DNA of 64,000 nucleotides from Camelus ferus (lineage: Eukaryota): NCBI RefSeq assembly GCF_009834535.1, contig NC_045707.1, positions 64,668,001 through 64,732,000 on the forward strand, read 5' to 3'. Positions 1 to 60,074 of this stretch are shown here, piece after piece. A model generated the notes under the pieces. That model saw nothing but the letters and a program-made list of their open reading frames with translations. It made no database searches and was not told the DNA's origin. How positions within the stretch are numbered: the first letter of the stretch is position 1; the number at the start of each line of letters is the position of its first letter. A program made the translations under genes and the position numbers.

Positions 1-59
1 TCAAGATCTGTGTAAAAGTTTTGCTAATGTACAGGTTAAAAAAATCACAGTAGTTGTTA

Positions 60-310
60 ATTAGGTAAAGGGCACAAGCTCACAGGTGAGACAGATCAGT
101 CTTTGGACCCCAGGATGACTGTTTGTGAGCACTATTATATAGGCTAAGTTATTTACATTTTATGATCTTTGGTTTCCTCCTCAGTAAAGGGAATAATAAA
201 ATCAACTTTACAGAGCTTTGAATGAGTATCCAATAATATAACCTCTATAAAGCATAGAGCCCATAATTGGCACATAGTAGGCAGTCAGTAGATGTTATTA
301 CTACATTATT
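60..310 (+). mobile_element. MIR SINE remnant
   Basis: aagttattta...ggtttcctcctcagtaaagggaataata...tggcacatagtaggca, typical MIR core and tail. Confidence 0.6.
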
Positions 311-857
311 ATTATTGTTGGTTATTATTACATAATAATATAATTTATAGTATTGTAGCATTTTCATGTAAAATAAGAATAGTCCTCTTGAGAATGTGCC
401 AGTAAAGAATGACCAGTTTCCTAGACTACAACCTAATCAACAGGTTGAAGGGATGTCCCAGTACCACCCCATAACAGCCATCAGCTCCTGTAGATGTGGC
501 TTTGAGCTCTCATGGGATAGGGACAGATAAAATCACATTAATTAAGCAGTCTTCAAAAATAGCCTCTTTTATTCAACCAACTTAAATCAAACCAACTTAA
601 TAGGCATCCATCATCTTATCCTTGGATCTGAAATAATTTTGATTTCCTATATAAGCAGCTTTTTCAGGATGGTGAGTCTCTGTAGGGATCATTCTCCATA
701 TGCCACAGGAAATACAGCTGAGAATCTATAGAAAAAAATACACATATATATATTTTAGGATTTTCAAGACTTTCTCCATTTTTTTCTCATTTTTATTATG
801 CTTCCTGAGGGTGACTAAGTGTTATCTATTTTTTCTTCTCTGTTTACTCTGTTTTAG

Positions 858-46683
<45,826 letters not shown>

Positions 46684-49600
46684 GAATGCACCCGAGGAGC
46701 TCCTGGATAAAAACTATTCACTGTGTGATTTAAAAAAAAACAAAAAACAAAAACAGAAAACTTGCTTCATGCCCTACAGAGGTGCCAACTATTTCTGTTG
46801 ATACTATGTATAATTTATTAATCTGGAGTATTTTAAAGAATTTATGTAATTTAAAGGTAATAGATATTATTGTACATAGTTGTATTTTGTAGTTTCTTCT
46901 GTAAATATATATATTTTCATAATGTTTAATATTAAGCTTTATATAATACTATTTTTCCACACTAAAGTGTTCATGGCTTGTTCTACATAAACTAATTCAA
47001 CCTGTATGACAGGACGACTTGTAAAATGTGTATGGAGGTGGTTACAGAGACGGTCCCTGGGGCCATGATTTTTACCAGATTTGATGCTTACTGGACAAGA
47101 TACAGGGCACGGATGGACAGAGAGCTGAGAGGACAGCTGGCTTGGCTGCATTGCTGTCCTATGAATCTTAGGATCCAAAGATGATCCACATGCAATCTGG
47201 ACAAATGTAACAGTCAAAAGAAGGGACTGGGGAGACGGGATTAAGCAGCGCCCGAGCCAGAGTCGGTGGTTGTGTCTCAGCTGGTCAGTCGGTCCCCTTT
47301 CTCCTGCCAGAGGTTCAAGCCAGCGTGGTCAGCTCAGGGGCCAGGGTTGCAGGTTTTGAGGGAGAACAATCCAAACAGAAGTGATGGGTTCCTTATGTCA
47401 CAGCATGCCACCTGTACTCCCGACTGGGAACATAGAGCCAGCACGCAAAATGCCATCCATCCATGGCGACTGGAATCAGTGTCACTGCATTCACGGGGTG
47501 CCGTGTGGACGTGCACACCTGGACCGTGACATGTGGGTTGGCTGCTGGACGCACGCATGTCTTCCTCTCATTATTAGTGGCAAAGTCAAAACTGCCCCAG
47601 TCATACTTGGCTTTCCCAGTAGAAGAAGGTTGTGGTGCTGGGTTATACTCCTGATTGAAGGGCCTAATGTCAATATCTCTATAGAAATGTCCACAGACAG
47701 CATATATTGTTAATTAAAAAAAAAAAAACCATAAAACCCAAAATTCAGTGGTGCTTGTATAAGACTTTCCAAAAGCCTTTTTTTAGTAAATCTTTGAAGT
47801 CAGAGTATCAGGTAGTCACCTGAAGTTGTATTTCAAATAAAAGGCCCTCCAAACTCTGCCAAGTTGATCTTCAGTATGTGATGCCTATTTTCACTTTGAC
47901 AAATTTCAGTGAGTCAGAAAATGGGTGTTGCCCTCCGCTAGGTCCAGTCCTGAGGGTCTTCCTGGGGAAAATTTGAAAGGCCTCAGGATGTTATCCACAC
48001 GGCTGTTGAGTCAGGAATGTTTGTCTTTTTCTCACTACAGATTTCTCTCTAATACACTTAAGCCTTCGAGATCAAGGTTGTTGATCTCACAGCTTCATTT
48101 GCAGAAAGAGTACATTTCTTTTCAAAGTGTGTATTTTTGCTACCTACCATGAAGTTCCCAAAGGAATATACTGGGTATAATTGGCAGAGTAATAAGAAAT
48201 CACTTAACATATCTAAAATAGTTACTTATAGTTAAGGAAAGCTCCACCGAAGCAGGAAAAAATTCCAGGGCTATTTGAAGTTTACAGAAACAGGAAAAAA
48301 AAATCTTTATAAGAATGAATGCAAAGGTGATTCCAAGTTTTCACCATATCATTGTGCTCAGTGCTCTTTGGAAATGACAGTGTTAGGCTTTGATCCTGTT
48401 TTAGATAACTAGGTGGATCCTCTAGAAATGAAGGAACAACATACATATAAATGCAGCAGAGGTACCACCAGGGAGAAAATAAAGGTCCAAGGTTTATGAG
48501 ATGTGGTGTCTCTTAGGAGTAACTATCCCTACACTCAAAGGAAAAAGCAAAAAAGCAAAAAAGCAAAAAAAAAAAAAAAAAAAATACAGAATTGTAAGCA
48601 AATGTTGCTGGGTGCAAATCACATTCATACATGGAAAGGAAAATTTGTTTTTGGCTTTTCATTCATTCAGAAAAGTTTTAGTCCATGCCTGCAACTTGCT
48701 AGGCACTGTCCTGGAAGCTGCAGTAGGGAGCCTGCATCACAGTCATAGAGGTAGGGTGGCTGTTACTGTTTTCAATTAAGCTAAGAGAGGGCCTCAGCGA
48801 GGCAGTGAAGTTACCCAGGCCACACACTGGAAAGCTCTGATGAAGCTTTTCTAGCAAATCACTGGACTGAAAGGAGAAAGCAACTCATTGCACAAACCAA
48901 GAATTAAAACCATAAAAAAAAAAAAAAAACCCTATGCATCTGTCACAGTAAATAACCCTGGGGTGGAACCAGTGTCATGGAAATGGACATGACAAGAGAA
49001 AACTATGTTCTTTTAGTCTGACGCAGGACATATTTATTCCTACCCTGCACCTATCTAATTTTAAATCTCCTTAGCAACAAATATTTCACTATCTTCCCTC
49101 CCACCACCACCAAAGGCTAAATACATAATCTAGTTGATCTATTTATTAAATTTAGGAAGAGGGGGGGAAAAAAAGGTTTCCTTGACATTCAGCTCAGTTG
49201 GGTGTATTTTAATTTAATCCTATCCTGTGTTAGGTCTTGGTAAACACTCCATTTCCTGTCGCGGTGGGCATCCTGGCTGTGCACCTGTGCGGCACACTTT
49301 AATCATCGAGTCTTCAAAGTGCTTTGGAGCTATCAAATCTTGGAAGGGTCCCGTCTTGCATTTTAATAATTATTTATCCAAGTTCTTTATAATTAACTCC
49401 TTTAATCTCTACTCATTAAATCAATTTCGTATTATCATTCTGTTCTTCTCTGGAGAGCAGCCAACTTTTCAGCTCTTGAATCAGATTTTTCTAAATGCTC
49501 TGTCTGGGTCTGCACCTACTTGTCCGAAGTAATTCACCAGCTCTTAAGACTTCTGAGTCTCTCTTTTTCACTACTTGTCCCTTTCTCCCTTTTGAATTAT

Positions 49601-52015
49601 ATTTGCTTTCCCAGTAGAATGTGATCTTATTTTCTGTTCATCTTCTTACATCCATGGGTATTACATAGTCTTGCAGGCTCCACATCATAGAAGAGAGGAT
49701 GATGATTTTTACTTCTCAACACAGAAGCAGCCAGAGCACACAGATATATTGGGGACAGTTTTATTTGGGAGGGTCTTAATTTTATTACCTCTTGGAGGAA
49801 AGCCCCAAATGACATGAAAATAATATGAAACCATTAAGCAGATGTCCAGAGATACAAAAATAGACTTCACACATTCTATTTCACACTCTGATTCTCCTGC
49901 CTTAGTGTCTCAGGATCCAGTTTTTTATATTTAAACAACTCTCCTTGCCTCTCGTAGGAAAATTGTCATCCATATACTAAATTCTCATTCACTTAGCTTT
50001 CTGGGTGTCTGAGTTTGGAATCCTGAAATCATAAGCCTGCCAGATCTGTATGACAGCGAGGGTAGGGTCTGAGCCCCCAAACTGGGGCTCTCTAGAGCTC
50101 TCGTTCACACACGTGAGCCAAACCAAACATGACCTGGCTGGGGAGGGGAAAAAGTAGATAGTAAGCTGCTTGTTTGTGGCAGCAGTTCAAGGACTTTCCA
50201 CGTTCCATTTCACTGACGAAATGAAAGAAAGTGATCAGCCGAGACAGTGTGAGAGGAAGGAAAAGCTGGTCCTCCACAAAGTGGCTGTGAGCAAGCCTGC
50301 AGTGGTACCTCATTCCTGGAGAGACAGAATGCGAAAGGCTGTTACCAGCCCAAATGCTCTAAGTCTCTGAGTAATTTTAACCCAAGATTTCAAATCACAT
50401 CAAGGGAAAGTCTATAAACCATGACTGCAGAGAGCAAGTGAAATGATGCAAAGAAGAAAAAAATATTTGAAAAGGGGGATCTGAGCAGACATCATCAGAA
50501 AGAGGAAATAGCAACCCTTCTGTTCGCCAAGACTGTTCCTTGAAAATGTCACATGCTTCTGTGAGGGCGTGTTATCATTTAGCGGGTTCACCTTGGCTGG
50601 GTTGACCAGATGATTCAGCTGATTAAGCAATTTAATTGATGCATTTACTTTGTGAATTGACCAGGTGTTTAACAACATTGAATTTGGAATTCTGAACGCA
50701 CTACCTTAGATTCTTGTCATGGATGCTGTCTTTTTGAAAACGTTTGGCCATTTTGTTTAAAATGCAGGGTAACATTTACTGCAGCCATGATAATAGCAAA
50801 AATCTGTTCTGTTCTAAAAATGTTTCTAGCAATGGAAATATTTCTGACTAAAAGAATACTCTTGACTTGTAGGGAGGCTCCCTCAGAATAGATGCATGCA
50901 GCAAAAATAAGGCATTTTATTTTTTTTAAAGGTTGTCTACATAGATACATTCATGAAATAAGAAAATTGTTGGTGAATGCCCCTAAAATAGAGGTTTATG
51001 TAATGGAAATAAAAGAGATCTATTCGCAGATTTACCAAAGATTATTTTTATAACCAAGGGGTCAATGTATGTGATCTTATATAATATACCAAAATAAGTC
51101 ATTGAAAATGGTGAATAATGTCAGACAAATGTAATGTGTTCCTTCTAGAATATTCACAAAAAGGTTAGTTATGGCCGTTTTTTGCCTTAAGTAATTCCTC
51201 TTAAGAAAATCAGTCTTCATCCTAAGAGCAAGCTGTCTGCTACATTTGAGATGTTGTGTTTTAATAGCTGAGTGAGCATGCCAGCACACCAACAAGAAGA
51301 AGACTATGCAATTGTGACTTTATGGGTGTGCAGTAGAGTTGGGCGGTGTTCCACCTATGAGCTAGAGTCTACAGGGGCTTTCATGAAATCTCCAAATCTC
51401 AACCACACTGACAACCAGGGGCGCCAGTGTCTTACCTGAAGAGTCTTTAATCTCTGGTCTTTCAGGTGGGATTCATCAGGCTTATAAACTCTCTAAGGAC
51501 AAGGACCAAGTCTTTGATCTTGTCTCTACTCCTACCTTATAGAAATTAGGACACAGTTCATAGACATTCAACATGTACTTTTGGAGTGGAAACTGCTCCT
51601 GGCCCAATACTTTGGATGTTGGTCAGTGTCTAATAATTCTACTGTCCATGGTGGCTCATCTGGCTGTTCCTTGATTTGCACGAAGCTTAAATAAATAACG
51701 TGAATAAATCTAGCAACTGAACTTACTATGTTCTATAACAGAGCACTTTCATGTTTTTAATATTTTGTATTCTTTCTCTGCAAATCTGGTTATTTAAAAT
51801 GGCATAGACGGTTCTATTTTTTTCATACTAGAGTACCTCCCTACGACATTGTTTTTCTAACCAACTGTTTGAACAAAGCACTTCCTTAGTCTTTCTATTT
51901 AAATTATGTATTTGCTTAATATATTTTTATATTTGTAACTATGGTCCAAAAACCTATATAGTGTCTTACACATCTTTGCACTAGTACAGGAATAAAACTG
52001 CTGTTTGTTGAAGGA
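46684..52015 (+). other. PTPRB: PTPRB 3' UTR (about 5.3 kb, probable distal end)
   Basis: Follows the stop codon; AU-rich and repeat-poor; ends after AATAAA 51991-51996 with GT-rich downstream sequence. The exact end is inferred. Confidence 0.65.
51991..51996 (+). terminator. Probable distal polyadenylation signal AATAAA
   Basis: Upstream TGTA motifs and AT-rich tract; downstream gtgttccgtctt and tgtgtctcgttt GU/U-rich elements. Confidence 0.65.
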
Positions 52016-52856
52016 AAAGTGTTCCGTCTTCTATTCGCCTGTGTCTCGTTTATCAATTTCTACCATCCTTCTGCTCAGGACAAAGGTCAGGAGTGACTGC
52101 TTCTAAATGGGAAAAGTCGTCCAGGCCATTGACAGGAAGAGCATGGTTGTCTTAACCTTTGCTCCTGCAAGTGCTGAGCTGGTCACCTAGGGTGTCATGT
52201 ACATGGAGTGGGGACTCTCTAGTTGACTGTCTCCAACTCCATTCTTGTTTTCAGTGCTTTAGTTCGTTAGTAACCAAAATGTCATCTGTTACCCACAGCG
52301 TTGGTGTCATCTCACAAGCGCTGCCCCAGCTGGATCCCCGTGAGCCCTTCAGAGACACTTCACACGTAAGCAGGTGGTGTGACATTTGGTTAAGATCTTC
52401 TGTGTCTATTTCCAGAATTATTATTTTGCCTTTTTGACTTTTTCACATTTAAGTTGAAGGATCAGTGTCCTTCACAACTCCAGTATTTCACTTTTCTACA
52501 ACTTACAGAAATCTTCATTTTTAAAAAATGTACAGTAAGAGATCTACACGTAAAACCATTAAATCAAAGCATCCATCTTTTTTGAACAGTTTCTGGATTC
52601 AAACAGTCAGGTTAGCAAAAGAACTTGACCCTGGAGGCTTGACCTTTTTTTTTTTTTCTCCAAAGTAGCTGTTTGTTGGATGGAATTTACTCATAAAGAG
52701 AATATTACAACTATGAAACTAATCATTTAATGATTCTTTTGATACATCCTCCACAATCATAAAATGTTAGAGCTGGATGGGCCACCTGAGGGATGGACAG
52801 TGATGGAAACCAAGAGCCATGTTTAAAAGTGAAGCAGTGAAATAGGACACTGCTGC

Positions 52857-53375
52857 AATGTCCATCGACAGATGAATGAATAAAGCTGTGCTATATACCC
52901 ACAATGGAATACTTCTCAGCCATAAAAAATAATAAACTAATGCCATTTGCAGCAATGTGGATGGACCTAAAGATTCACATTAAGTGAAGTAAGTCACAGA
53001 GAAAGCCAAATATCATATGATATCACTTATATATGGAATCTTTAAAAAAAAAAGATACAAATGAGCTTATTTACAAACCAGAAATAGACTCACAGACATA
53101 GAAAGCAAACTGTGGTTACCAAGGGGGAAAGGGTGTGGGGGAGAGGGATAAATTGGGGATTTGGGATTAACATATATACACTGCTATATATCAAATAGAT
53201 AAACAAGAAGGACCTACTGTATAACACGGGGAACTATATTCAATTCTTGTAATAAATCATAATGGAAAAGAATCTGAAAAAATATGTATATGTATATGTA
53301 TAATTGAATCACTTTGCTGTACACCTGAAATTAACACAACATTGTAAATCAACTATATTTCAATTAAAAAAAAAA
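52857..53375 (+). mobile_element. L1 3' end with target-site duplication
   Basis: L1 3' UTR ending caattaaaaaaaaaa; TSD aaataggacactgctg / aaacaggacagtgctg (14/16). Confidence 0.88.
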
Positions 53376-56049
53376 CAGGACAGTGCTGGACTCGAAACTT
53401 GTCTTCCTGTTATTCATTGGGGAGGACCTGTCTACATGTAAATATAGACAAAGAAGGAAGCTTCTCAGATGCAGTGGAAGGAGCAGCCATGTCTAACCCT
53501 GAGACTGAACCTTAAGTGGAACTTTCAACATTTTATGTGACTACTCCTTTCATTTTCCTATCTCGTATATCTGGAGACACTCACTTGTTAAACAAATCTT
53601 CAGACTATAATTTTAGAGTCATACGTTATCAAAAACTGAAATACTATTGAATGGAAAAGGAGAAAACATGATTTTTTTTAACATAATAGCATTATAAACC
53701 ATTATTAAAGCTAATTAAAGCAAACCACCTAAAGCCCAGAAGAAGTTTTACCACTAGGTTTTGGAAGAATTGGTAAGGCTTTTGATGTTACCAATAAAAG
53801 GAGAATTCACAATAGAAGGGTAAAAATTAACTGATAAGATTCAAGCCTGAGTAACAGAGAAAACCATGCAGGGATGGTTCTGTGTAGGAGTTAACATTCA
53901 CCTACTCACCAAAGGCCATGCTCACAAAAATAGCTCCCCAGCTCAGTATCTCCCAAGGAAAACTGTACTATTATTTTAGAGATTTGTTGATCTAAGTAAA
54001 GCTTATCTTTCTTTCTGAGGTTTATGGTTTTGGTGCAAGAACCTTTGTGTAAACCCTCTCAATATTAAATTAGTTTTCTCTTTGCTCTTGGAGCTCTCGA
54101 CCCCAAGAAGACACTTGGCATCTATTTCAGTCTTTACGAAAGAGCTCGCAGTGAAATATGTTTCCTGTCTCTGCTATCCTGCTATAAGCCTTTGGTGGCC
54201 CAGAAGTGTCCGTGTCTTAGGGCTTGCCGAGGAGCTAAGGTAAAAAAAATGACAATAACAAAAATCAAAAACAGAAAGCTGATGATACAACTATAGAAAC
54301 AAAAGTGGATTAAAAGTGGAAGAGTTCAGAAGCCTGGGAACATTTCTAAATCTAACCTCAGTCAGAAGTTACCACTTGTAAGACACAAATGAAATGTTCA
54401 AGCCTTATTTCATTCCTAAAGAACTTTCCAATGACCCCTGACCCAGATTTCACCCAAGTTGATGTTCTTTCCCCACTCATGACAGACGGCTGGGGAAGGA
54501 AACAACCGTTTACCTGCAAAGAATAGCACATCAGCAATCAATCTAAGTAGAGGAGTTACTCAATAGGGTATGAGCGGAGCTCAGCAAAGGGACTAATGAC
54601 CGAGAGATGGGCGGTCTTCCCGGCACCACTGGGATTGCCCTGGACCAGCCCCCTCGGAGCAGCTTCCCGGGGCCTGAGCACCCGAGGCCGCGCACACACT
54701 TGGCTGGGCAGCATGCCACACGACTGGGGGTAGAACAGGATATTTAGACCCGTGACTTTATTAAGTCTCAAGGGCCAGGTGTCTTTTCCATCCGTATCTC
54801 CAGAACAGAAAGTCATCAGCAGTCTCTCTACGTATTGCCATTTCTATTAACCTCCAGATAGCCCGCCCTTCTCTAGATCACCAACCTGCCCGAGTTTATA
54901 TCTCATCATCTCGGCAAAAGCACAAGCCCTCGGGGTGGTCCCTGTGCCTCTGTCTGGCACTCCAGTCCCCCATCCACACTGTGACCCGAGTGATGGATCT
55001 AAAATAGATCCATGGTCCTCCTGATACTGACCAGTGCCTCCCAATTATCCACAAGGTACAGTCCTGGCTCCCTGGCCTCGCCAGAAGCCCTTGATGACTT
55101 GGCCTGTGCCTTCCTCCCCAGCTGCAGCTGCAGCCCCTCCTCTGCTTGCCGCTGATGCTTCACTGCCTCAAGCCCTTCTATCTAGAGTGCGTGCTACTGT
55201 TCTGTACATTTTTGCTCTGGTATGTATTCCTTTTTCTCCCCACCTAAAACAGTTCTCCCCTCTTCTCTGACACTCAGGACCCATCACAGGGGGCAGGAAG
55301 TTCACCATCCCAGGCCTCACCCTTACAAAGGGTCGCAAAGATAGTCCTTTGATTTATCAACAAATAAAATTAAATGTAGCATCACAGAGACGCAGACAGG
55401 AATGAGAGATGAAGACAAGCTTCATGTAACTTTCAACTCAGGCCCATTATTAGATCAGTCTCCCTGTAATGTACCATAAATATTTTTTTTAAATAAATGT
55501 TTTCATCATTTTGTCATGTAAGTGATTTTATAGCCCTCTTTAGACATTTTTTTAAATTTGAAGTTTTTAAAATTTTTACTATACCAGAAACATCAAAAAA
55601 TCTCAGTGACCCTCCCTTGACCCCTGAGATGGGTGCTTCCCTAACTTGTCCCCCCAAACTCCACTCCACCTCAGCATTTCTTCTGTATCTATAGTGACGT
55701 TTTTCATTTTTTATGCCTAATGGCATATTATGTTGCAATTATTTCTTGTCTTCTCTACGAGACTTCATAGTCTCCAGAATGATTTCTCCAAGGCACCAAG
55801 TGAACAAATTTAAGATTCATCCCAGATATTATGATAATAATAATAATAACCATAATAATAACACAGTAATTGTATAATAGAAATGGACACATTTCATCAA
55901 AGTTAGAGGCATCATTCATTGCATTCTCACACATTTTGATTGACTCAGTGCTCCCTAAAACCCTGGGAGATGGGATCACAGCTAATAAACAGCAGGGCCA
56001 GGATTCCAACCCTGGCAATCTGGCTTCCGAGAGGATGCTCAACCATCCT

Positions 56050-56295
56050 ACCAGCATGTTTCAAATTTAGTGTGTATCAGGATCTCCTGGAGGTGGGGAT
56101 GGGTGCAATTCAGTGGTAGAGCGCATGCTTAGCATGCATGAGGTCATGGGTTCAATCCCCAGGACCTCCATTAAAAAATAAATAAATAAACCTAATTTAC
56201 ACCCCTCAAAAAGTAGAAATGAGTCTCACCTGGAGACTTTATTAATAAAACACAGATTCCTGGGCCCCACCCACAGAATCTCTAAATCACTGCAT
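56050..56295. mobile_element. MER5A-like element interrupted by a SINE
   Basis: tgtttcaaatttagtgtgtatcag...[SINE]...cacagattcctgggccccaccc. Confidence 0.6.
56093..56215 (+). mobile_element. Camelid tRNA-Ala-derived SINE (Vic-1-like)
   Basis: cagtggtagagcgcatgcttagcatgcatgaggtcatgggttcaatcccc...aaataaataaacctaatttac; cctggag repeated on both sides. Confidence 0.8.
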
Positions 56296-57039
56296 TTGTT
56301 ACCATGCTCTGGTGTTAACGAAAAATAATGAAGCAAAAATTTGAAAGCCATTCCATGAAATTCTTTGAGGATGATTTCATCTCATTAAATAGATAACCAT
56401 ATTTCAGAAAATAAGTCTTCAGTTTTTTAGAAGGATTCAACTTTAAAGAGGACTTCGTAAAGACTGACTTTTCTTTTGTAGTAATTGGTCTTTTCTCCGA
56501 AAGAGCACAGAATCTACCCACTGGGTTCAAAAAAACGCGGGCTGACCAGCTCTGTCATGTGCACGATTCTACAGTGAGGAAGTGGGCTCAGAGACGTAAA
56601 CAACCTGCCCGCGCTGCTGAGCCAGCGAACAACCCCTCGAAAACCACTTCCCTGAGAACAGGCTGAACTCAGGGCAGAATATTGCTCAATCAACGGTCCA
56701 GCCCCACCATCACCAGTTCAGCCCACTTCCCCACACCCGGTTCTTTCTAGGCTTGTTTGCTCCTCTGGGAAAGAAAAACCCCTTTCCGCCTGACCTTTGA
56801 GATGCTTGCAGATCTGCCGGATGAAGCATTCTCCTCCCGCAGCGGTCCGCTCCTCCCCTTTGCAACCATCCCTCCCCAACCCCACCTGCCATCGGCAATC
56901 GTTCTTTCCAATAAAGCCTCTACTTACCTAAACCTGGGTTTCTTTCGAACCTGATACCAGTTTGGGCTGGCCACGAAATTCATATGATTTCTCCCCTGCA
57001 TGGAACCTTACATACACCCTCATGATATTAATATTCTTG

Positions 57040-57543
57040 CACGGTAGGCAGAATTATGGCCCCCCACTTTCTAATCCCTGGAACCTGTGAATACGAATAT
57101 GTTAGATTATATGGCAAAGGAGAATCAAGGTTGCAGAAAATTAAGCTGCTAATCAGCTGACTCTGCGATGGCGAGATTAGCCCGAATTAGCTGCCCCGAG
57201 TGGGCCCAATGGAATCACAGAAGTTCTTATACATTGAAGAGACAGGCAAGCAAAAGAGAACCAGAGAGAAAGCAGTGTGAGAACTTGGCCCAATGCTTCT
57301 GGTTTTGAAAATTGAAGAAAAGAGCCGTGAGTTTAAGAATTCAGTTGGCCTCTAAAGCTGGAAAAAGAAATCGATTCTTTCCTAGAGCCCCCGGAAGGAA
57401 TGTAGCCTGGCTGACATTTTAATTTTAGTCCAGTGAGACCGAGCTTGGAATCTGACCTCCTGAACTGTGAGATAATAAATTCAGGTTGTTTAAAGCCACC
57501 AAATTCAAGAAAATTTGTTACAATAGCAATGGGAAAATAATAC
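57040..57543 (+). mobile_element. MLT1D-like solo LTR
   Basis: ggtaggcagaattatggcccc...ggaacctgtgaata...ctagagccccc...gaactgtgagataataaatt...tttgttacaatagcaat. Confidence 0.8.
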
Positions 57544-58479
57544 CCTCCGTTTTACAGATAAGAGATCTGAGGTTTAGGGAGTTTATATCCTTTTCCAAGG
57601 CCACACAGCCTGTGAGTGATACAGTCAAAATTGAAACTCAAGTCTGTGATTCACAGCCCCTAGTTCTAAATACCATGATAATCTGCAAAACAAGTTCTAA
57701 CTAACCCTTCTTCCACATAATAGCTTTTCAAATATTTGTAAGTAGATGCCATGTCTTCCTTTAGCCTTCTCTAGGAAAGTCCAAAGTTTCTTTAACCAAT
57801 CCTCAGAGGACAGTCTGAGGTCCCCTAACCATCCTGGAAAAGATGGCGGCCAAGCCAAACGTGGTACCAGTGAGGCTCCAGCACCACTTTCGTACGTTTC
57901 AATTCATCTTTTGCCAAAAGGGGATTTATAACTCATAAAATTTACACACTCTTTTTTGAGTTTAAAACAAAATGAGGTGATAGTTTTCTTACGTTGACAA
58001 ATTGGCTGTGAATTTCATGCGCCTGCAAAATGTGTCATTTGAGTTGGAACATTAATTTACTTGAGCAGCCTGGTCCACATCAGTCTGAGGAAAGTGCTCT
58101 GCCCCTGCACAGATCACCCCATAATAGTCCCGACACCTGACTGTAGTAGGTTTCCTGACTTTAGTTTCAGGCTTCCCTCTTGCCTCCCCACCCCAGCTCT
58201 CAGATCCTGGAGGTAATAATGCCCTTTTGGACAAGTGTGCCTCTGAGAGTTCACCTGTCTTACCCCAGAGAGATGAAACTGTTGCCTGAAACTGAGATTT
58301 GATGGGACCACATGTTTGTACTAGAGACAAAGACTGTCCTGTCCCTGTAAGGTCTGTCCTATAAGAAAAAGGGGGTGGAAGATTAAGCGTTCAGTTCTGG
58401 AAGTAGCCCATACGGCCAATAAGAACAGCAAGTACATCACGACTGGGGAGGCAGAGACCGAGGAACGTGCAGCTGCCAC

Positions 58480-58890
58480 AGTGAAGCTTTGGTATTGGCC
58501 CACGAGAGCCAAATGTTAAATTTTCTGAACCAGTTGTTAAACACAGCCATTATTAAAAATTAAATTATATACACTTGCAATTCTGTAAATTACATTAAAA
58601 AACAAAGGCAATAAACATCACTCAAAACTCATCACTTCCTAATTATTACCACGTTTTACTATTATCTCTGCCCTTGAGGTTATTTTTGTCTACCCTGTCT
58701 GGACGGTTGAAAAGCTCCATGACCAGGTGCCACCGCGCAGCGCTCCCAAATTCCGAGCTCAGCAAAGTCACGTTGATAGCTTTGCAATCAGCCACAGTGG
58801 GTGGTTTTACACCATAAATGTCAGCAAATGCTGTGAATGAGGGCATCTCTCTGACCCTGGATGAGTGTCAGACATTTACCAGGACACCAC
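58480..58890 (+). mobile_element. MER63-like hAT-Blackjack DNA transposon remnant
   Basis: gttgttaaacacagccattattaaaaattaaattatat...ctcaaaactcatcacttcctaatta matches the recalled MER63 consensus. Confidence 0.7.
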
Positions 58891-60074
58891 CCCCCATCAG
58901 TAAGCCTCTCCACCCTGCACCCTTAACCACACAAAACAGTGCGTCTCACTCACCCCGTGGAAGGAGCGAAGTCATCAGCCTCACCATTTCATCCAATAAT
59001 TCTAAAGGGCAAAGTCAACTTGTCTGCAGGATTTTTTTTTTCTTTGAAACATTTTTTTCTTTTGGCTTGAAAGACTTTATTCACACATTTGTACTTCATC
59101 TGTTTCTTCTGAATTTAAATTTCAGAGTAGAATTAAATTTTATAATGACATAGAGTTGGCATTTAGGGTTTGCTGTCTCGGAAAGGAGAATTATAGGAAC
59201 TAATGGGGATACTGCGGTGTTTTTAGCATCTCTTGGTCTCTGATGTGCGGGGCAGTATGGAAAACCTCTCCGGGTATCTCCCTTCCTTTTAGGTCTGCAG
59301 GTACTGGAGCCCTGTAATTAAAGATATACTTTGATTTCCTCTAGACTCCCAGTTTCATTAAACTTACACCTTAATAATGAGCTCCTTGTTTAGCCACAAC
59401 CTCATCCAAAATGCTTTAGCAAAGTTGTTAGATTTGTTCATTTATTTGGAGAAAGTAGCAGAAAAGGAAATCTCAAATATCAGGGGCAAAGTATTTTTCA
59501 CTTTTTACTGTTAAAATCAAATGTCACTGGACAGAGGTCCCCTACTCAAGCAGTGCCCTACCCCTACCCCGAAAAAGTCACCTTAAAGGGGCTACAGTGG
59601 GTAATGTAAATAATTGAATTCCTCTCTCAACTTGCTGGTGGGTCTGAAGAGGAGCAGAGTCAAAACATTGGGAGGGACGGAAGAGGAGCAGAGGGTCCCT
59701 GCCAGTTGTGAGAAACCAGTGGTGACCTATGACAGGAACTCTAAATTCAGGGACAATTCACCCAGAGTTCGCAGGCTGCTTGGAGGTTCAGGTAAGGAAG
59801 GATCGGGGAGTTAGGGGATTATAATACAGCTAACAGTCACCGAACACCTGAATCATGCCAGGAACTCCATTAAGCGTGAAGTGTTTTGTATATGTTACAT
59901 TTCTATACATGAGCTTAGCAATTACCTTAACTAAACCAGCCTGGAAGAGTAAAAATAGCCTTCTTAAAATATCTACACACTTCCAAGAAAGAGATTTAGA
60001 CAATCTAGCCCCTAATAGTAAATAAGCTTTAAAGAAACCAAATACTGCTTTCTAGCTCCAGGAAAATGAATTTT

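Noticed and set aside
47713..48930. ATTAAA plus genomic A-runs (47716, 48566, 48914) as transcript ends
   Set aside because: Genomic A-runs are typical oligo-dT internal-priming artefacts, and I saw no clear downstream elements.
50071..50090. 7-bp hairpin GAGCCCC-caaact-GGGGCTC in the 3' UTR
   Set aside because: Short enough to occur by chance in 64 kb; it does not match IRE, SECIS or histone stem-loop consensus.
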